64,000 bases of DNA. Source: Candidatus Heimdallarchaeota archaeon (GTDB lineage: Archaea > Asgardarchaeota > Heimdallarchaeia > JABLTI01). The stretch's first letter is position 1; every line of letters begins with the position of its first letter. Position numbers and translations under genes: made by a program. This document shows, piece by piece, positions 60,183-64,000 of this stretch. The stretch covers positions 32,001 through 96,000 of the forward strand of contig JABCTZ010000009.1 of NCBI GenBank assembly GCA_018238155.1. Reading direction: 5' to 3'. Under the pieces are notes generated by a model. That model saw only the letters and a list, made by a program, of their open reading frames with translations. It had not been told where the DNA came from and searched no databases.

Positions 60183-62692
60183 CTTTTAACCCTTCTCAAT
60201 TTGTTAAATGACACCAAGAACATAATGACACAAATTACTATTCCTAAATATAGTCCAAAATTCAAACCTACAGAACAACTAGTGTTTATGAACCAATCAT
60301 TGTCTGGATAGTCATTTATATCCAAAGGATCTGTTCCAAAAAACAGCTCGTTTCCATCTCCATAATTATCTCCATCTGTATCATAATTATTAGGGTCTGT
60401 TAAAGAACTAAATATCTCTATACTGTCTAATAAACCATCGAAGTCAGTATCTGGTTCTAAAGGATTGGTGTAATAAACTAATACTTCTAGATCATCGTTT
60501 AAATTGTCAAAATCAGTATCAAATAAATTCGGATCTGTGAAATAGATGAAAATCTCCTCATAATCATTTAAATTATCTGTGTCCGTATCATCTGATAATG
60601 GATTTGTATTAAAAATGAATTCTTGTAAATTTGTAAGAGTATCTAAATCATTATCTAAATTTGCGTCAGAATTGTTTAGTGGGTCTAATAAATAAGTAAT
60701 TTCAAATCCATCATTCATTCCATCTTCGTCAGAATCTGGGTTTAGTGGATCAGTAAAAGTCGAAAATATTTCCTCTCCATCTAATAGTGAGTCATTATCT
60801 GTGTCCGGGTTAGTAGGTGAGGTTGGATATATAGAAAGTTCATCTGGATCAGTCAAACCATCGCTATCGGTATCCTCTTTTGTTGGGTTTGTACCATAAA
60901 CTTTTGCTTCAGAATAATCATCAAGAGTATCATTATCCGTATCGATATCAAATGGATTAGTATTAAAAATTGATTCTTCACTGTTTAATAATAAATCACT
61001 ATCATTATCAAAAGCACCATCTATATCATTTAATGGATCAAATCCATATACTAACTCATATCCATCATTCATCCCATCTATATCCGTATCAAAAGCTGTT
61101 GGATCTGTATTGTGAATATAAATTTCATCATAATCCTTTACACCATCCGAATCTGAGTCATCTTTTCTGGGATCAGTTCCAAAATACAACTCCATTGAAT
61201 TATTAAGTCCATCGAGATCATAATCGAAACTACTGTCATCTATATTCGGATCTAATCCGACAGATACTTCATATCCATCTTTCATCCCATCTATATCTGT
61301 ATCCGGATTTGTTGCATTTGTTTTATATAGAAAAATCTCCTCACCATCTATAATATCATCGTTGTCTGTATCGCGCAATAAGTGATTTGTTTTATAATAT
61401 ATCTCACTAAAATCATCTAAACCATCTAGATCTGTATCTCCTACTCCATTGTTAAAGATTGAGCCTTGTAATGAATTCCAAGCAGGAATGTGGTACAATG
61501 AATCTTTAAGATCAAGACATAAGAATGACTTAATCGTAGTCCCAATAAATAATTCTATTATACCATCTGAATCAATATCCTCTATGAACGGTGTAGAGAA
61601 AAACCTGTTTAATTTATTGTAACTTCCAATTTGTATGCCTTCAGAATTTAATACGTAAACGTCATTTGAACAAATTATTATTTCCCATTCTTCAGAACTA
61701 TCTATATTGCAAATTACTGGTGAAGATTGAATAAATACACCTTCTATTGCATCCGCTTTGAATTTCCATTTAAGATTCCCACTATTTGATAAGCATAAAA
61801 GTGAATTATCCCACATACCGATTATTATCTCTAAATTGCCATCTCTATTAATATCCCCAATTGCTGGTGATGCACTAATTATTTTACCACTATTATATTC
61901 CCAAATTTTATCTCCCGCTGAATTTAAACAATATATTACTCCATTGCTCGAACAAGCGATAATTTCTTTTCTACTATCCTCACTTAAATCACATATAATT
62001 GGGGAAGAATAGAACGCACTATATGAATTGAATTGCCAAATTTCATTTCCATTTTGATCTAAGCAATATACTCTACCATCACCCGAAGTAATTATTAGCT
62101 CATTCATTCCGTCTTCATTGATGTCATAAACAGCTACTGTTGATCTGATCCAATTCTGTGCTTTAAATTGCCACATTTTTTCTCCATTACTATTTAGACA
62201 GTAGACATAATTGTCCCAAGATCCAATAATAACTTCAAGCAAATTATCTTCATTAATATCTACAACCACAGGTGAGGATACAACAATCCCGTTTGTTTGG
62301 AATGACCAAATTAATGTACCATTGCTATCTAAACAATAAATAAAACCATCATTAGACCCAAATACTACTTCGAATAGATTATCTCGATTAAAATCACCAA
62401 TCGCTGGTGATGATTGAATGGGTCCTTTAGTTTCAAAAGACCATTTTAGTGTACCATTATTATCTAAACAATAGAATTTCTTATCATTGGAGCCAAATAA
62501 CACTTCTTTTTTACCATCTAATTCCAAATCAAATAATAAAGGAGAAGAATCAATTGAATCATTTGTTATAAATGACCACTTTTCCTCAAAGGTTGAGTTT
62601 TCAATATATGAATTTGATTCAATTGGTATTTTGAAAAATATACAAGTACCTAATAAACATAAAAATAATAAATTGACTAAGTATCTTTTCAA
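60179..62692 (-). CDS. Cell-surface protein: PQQ/FG-GAP-like beta-propeller + DxDxDG (TSP3-like) repeats + C-terminal TM anchor
   Basis: Signal peptide; about 8 SSP..D...DG..EII.GS.D..YCL...G...W.F repeats; about 17 DTD.DGL.D..E...T.P repeats; TM followed by KLRRVKR. Confidence 0.88.
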   Translation of the reverse strand: MKRYLVNLLFLCLLGTCIFFKIPIESNSYIENSTFEEKWSFITNDSIDSSPLLFDLELDGKKEVLFGSNDKKFYCLDNNGTLKWSFETKGPIQSSPAIGDFNRDNLFEVVFGSNDGFIYCLDSNGTLIWSFQTNGIVVSSPVVVDINEDNLLEVIIGSWDNYVYCLNSNGEKMWQFKAQNWIRSTVAVYDINEDGMNELIITSGDGRVYCLDQNGNEIWQFNSYSAFYSSPIICDLSEDSRKEIIACSSNGVIYCLNSAGDKIWEYNSGKIISASPAIGDINRDGNLEIIIGMWDNSLLCLSNSGNLKWKFKADAIEGVFIQSSPVICNIDSSEEWEIIICSNDVYVLNSEGIQIGSYNKLNRFFSTPFIEDIDSDGIIELFIGTTIKSFLCLDLKDSLYHIPAWNSLQGSIFNNGVGDTDLDGLDDFSEIYYKTNHLLRDTDNDDIIDGEEIFLYKTNATNPDTDIDGMKDGYEVSVGLDPNIDDSSFDYDLDGLNNSMELYFGTDPRKDDSDSDGVKDYDEIYIHNTDPTAFDTDIDGMNDGYELVYGFDPLNDIDGAFDNDSDLLLNSEESIFNTNPFDIDTDNDTLDDYSEAKVYGTNPTKEDTDSDGLTDPDELSIYPTSPTNPDTDNDSLLDGEEIFSTFTDPLNPDSDEDGMNDGFEITYLLDPLNNSDANLDNDLDTLTNLQEFIFNTNPLSDDTDTDNLNDYEEIFIYFTDPNLFDTDFDNLNDDLEVLVYYTNPLEPDTDFDGLLDSIEIFSSLTDPNNYDTDGDNYGDGNELFFGTDPLDINDYPDNDWFINTSCSVGLNFGLYLGIVICVIMFLVSFNKLRRVKR

Positions 62693-62862
62693 ATAATTTC
62701 ACCTTTAAATTAAATACCTATGACTGATATGGAATTTGATACATTCCGATAAAATAACCATTTTGGTTTATTAATAAATTTTATCAAAAAAATCTATTTG
62801 ATATAGGAGTAAGTTTTATAGTTAGTAAAGTTTTTAAATGAAAATTAGCGATTTCTATTGCA

Positions 62863-64000
62863 ATGAATTTGAATAGATATAGTGGTAAACTTGTTGATTT
62901 CATTCGACAAAAATGGACTATTATTTGTATATTTATTCTTTTCATAATTGGCTTTGTGTTAAGATTGTTGGTAATATTATTATACCACGTGAGCCTATCG
63001 ATGCCCTAGCATATATGGAAATTGCTGAGTATTTTATTGGGGTTGAAGGAGCGACTTACATATTATCAAGAGAGCCTTTTTTCTCTCTTCTTCTAGGATT
63101 TGTATATCTAATATTTCCTAATACATATCTAACAGCTAGGCTTTTTACAACTTTTTTAGGTTCTTTAAATATTATACTTATATATTTCGTTACTAAAAAA
63201 TATGCTCAGAGTTTTGGTGCCAATGATAATAGTGAGAAATTTGGTTTTGTTGCCGCCTTATTTGTATGTTTTAATGATAGATTCATTTTATATGATGGTT
63301 GGGGGTTAAGGGAGTCATTATATGCACTTCTATTTATGATACTTTTATATTCAATTCTAATAGAAAAAAAAGTCTTAAAAAGAACTATTTATTGTATCTG
63401 TTCTTTTCTATTAATTCTAACTAAAGAAGAGTCTCTAATACTACTTTTGTTTACAACTATATTACTTTTCTTTAAAGATAATTTTTCAGTGAAAACCAAT
63501 ATCAAAAACAGCAACAATAAAAATGAAACAAGAATAACAGATGAAGGAAAAACTGTCAATAATAAAGGAAAAAGTAAATTTGGGAGATTTTTCTTAAAAT
63601 TAAACTATAATTTTCTATTCATATTTCTAGGTTTAATAGTAGGTTATTGTTTATGGAAGCTCTTATCTTATATTTTATTTTCAGATCCTTTTGCAACCAG
63701 TAATGATATGGCAAAACTATATTTTGAGAATGAATTCGGTACTATTCCACCTGAATCTTTAACTACATTTGATTATTTGTTTAAATTTCACAAATTCAAA
63801 GATTTAATATTAGCATTTCTACAAGGTGTTCCAGGTATTATGAATTTATATTTGGGCATTTTTAACTTGATTTCTTTTGCTTTTTTCATCATAGCTTTAG
63901 TCAAATTTGTAATCAAAAGAGATTTTATATTCTTGTTTTGGATAATTTATCCAGTATTATTTTTAGGAATTTTTGCTGTTTTATGGCGATTAAATCCCTA
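62863..64000 (+). CDS. ArnT/PMT-like (GT-C) glycosyltransferase, runs off window, apparent frameshift near 62980
   Basis: Frame from 62863 gives first TM ending in VLRLL, then stops; another frame continues IIPREPIDALAY...REP...LRESLY...LTKEE; no stop found before the window end. Confidence 0.75.

Noticed and set aside
4685-62696. Many short ORFs (60-135 aa) antisense or out of frame within larger genes, e.g. 13091-13408, 21846-22253, 29488-29850, 30828-31151
   Set aside because: Shadow ORFs overlapping well-supported genes, with no recognisable motifs.
1-64000. tRNA/rRNA genes and riboswitches
   Set aside because: No GC-rich cloverleaf, rRNA-like segment or known riboswitch consensus recognised by eye; tRNAscan-SE/Infernal would be decisive.

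Overview
AT-rich 64 kb archaeal window. An Asgard/Heimdallarchaeia-like host is inferred from GGTGA/GAGGT ribosome-binding sites, TATA-box promoters, frequent TTG starts, REC-PAS-GAF proteins, DUF1616 and a DxDxDG-repeat surface protein. (1) 1-7002: tldD and pmbA/tldE are separated by a ~5.25 kb cargo segment bounded by a 13-bp near-perfect direct repeat. The segment carries gene fragments, a membrane protein, a secreted Ig + clan CD (C13-like) peptidase, and a degraded tnpB with the rearranged (Fanzor-type) RuvC-II site followed by a run of omegaRNA-like hairpins. (2) 7-30 kb: an arsenic module (acr3, arsM, arsR, SWIM protein) with a palindromic bidirectional promoter and an ArsR-type operator; two tandem REC-PAS-GAF sensors with no output domain; a duplicated-RHH protein divergent from a heterodimeric ABC exporter; a B12 radical SAM enzyme; an AIR-synthase-like protein; DUF438; and purC. 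(3) 30.2-31.5 kb: a protein of about 55 SGDVSN[IL] heptads. (4) 31.5-64 kb: a large surface-glycosylation locus with mixed gene orientation. It has five GT4 domains (one fused to a flippase), two GT2, two flippases, three NDP-sugar SDR enzymes, a nucleotidyltransferase, a methyltransferase, two asparagine-synthetase-like proteins, four GT-C-like polytopic proteins, a DUF1616 protein with tandem lectin-like domains, and a beta-propeller/DxDxDG-repeat surface protein. No rRNA, tRNA or CRISPR array was recognised. All calls are by eye, without database searches.
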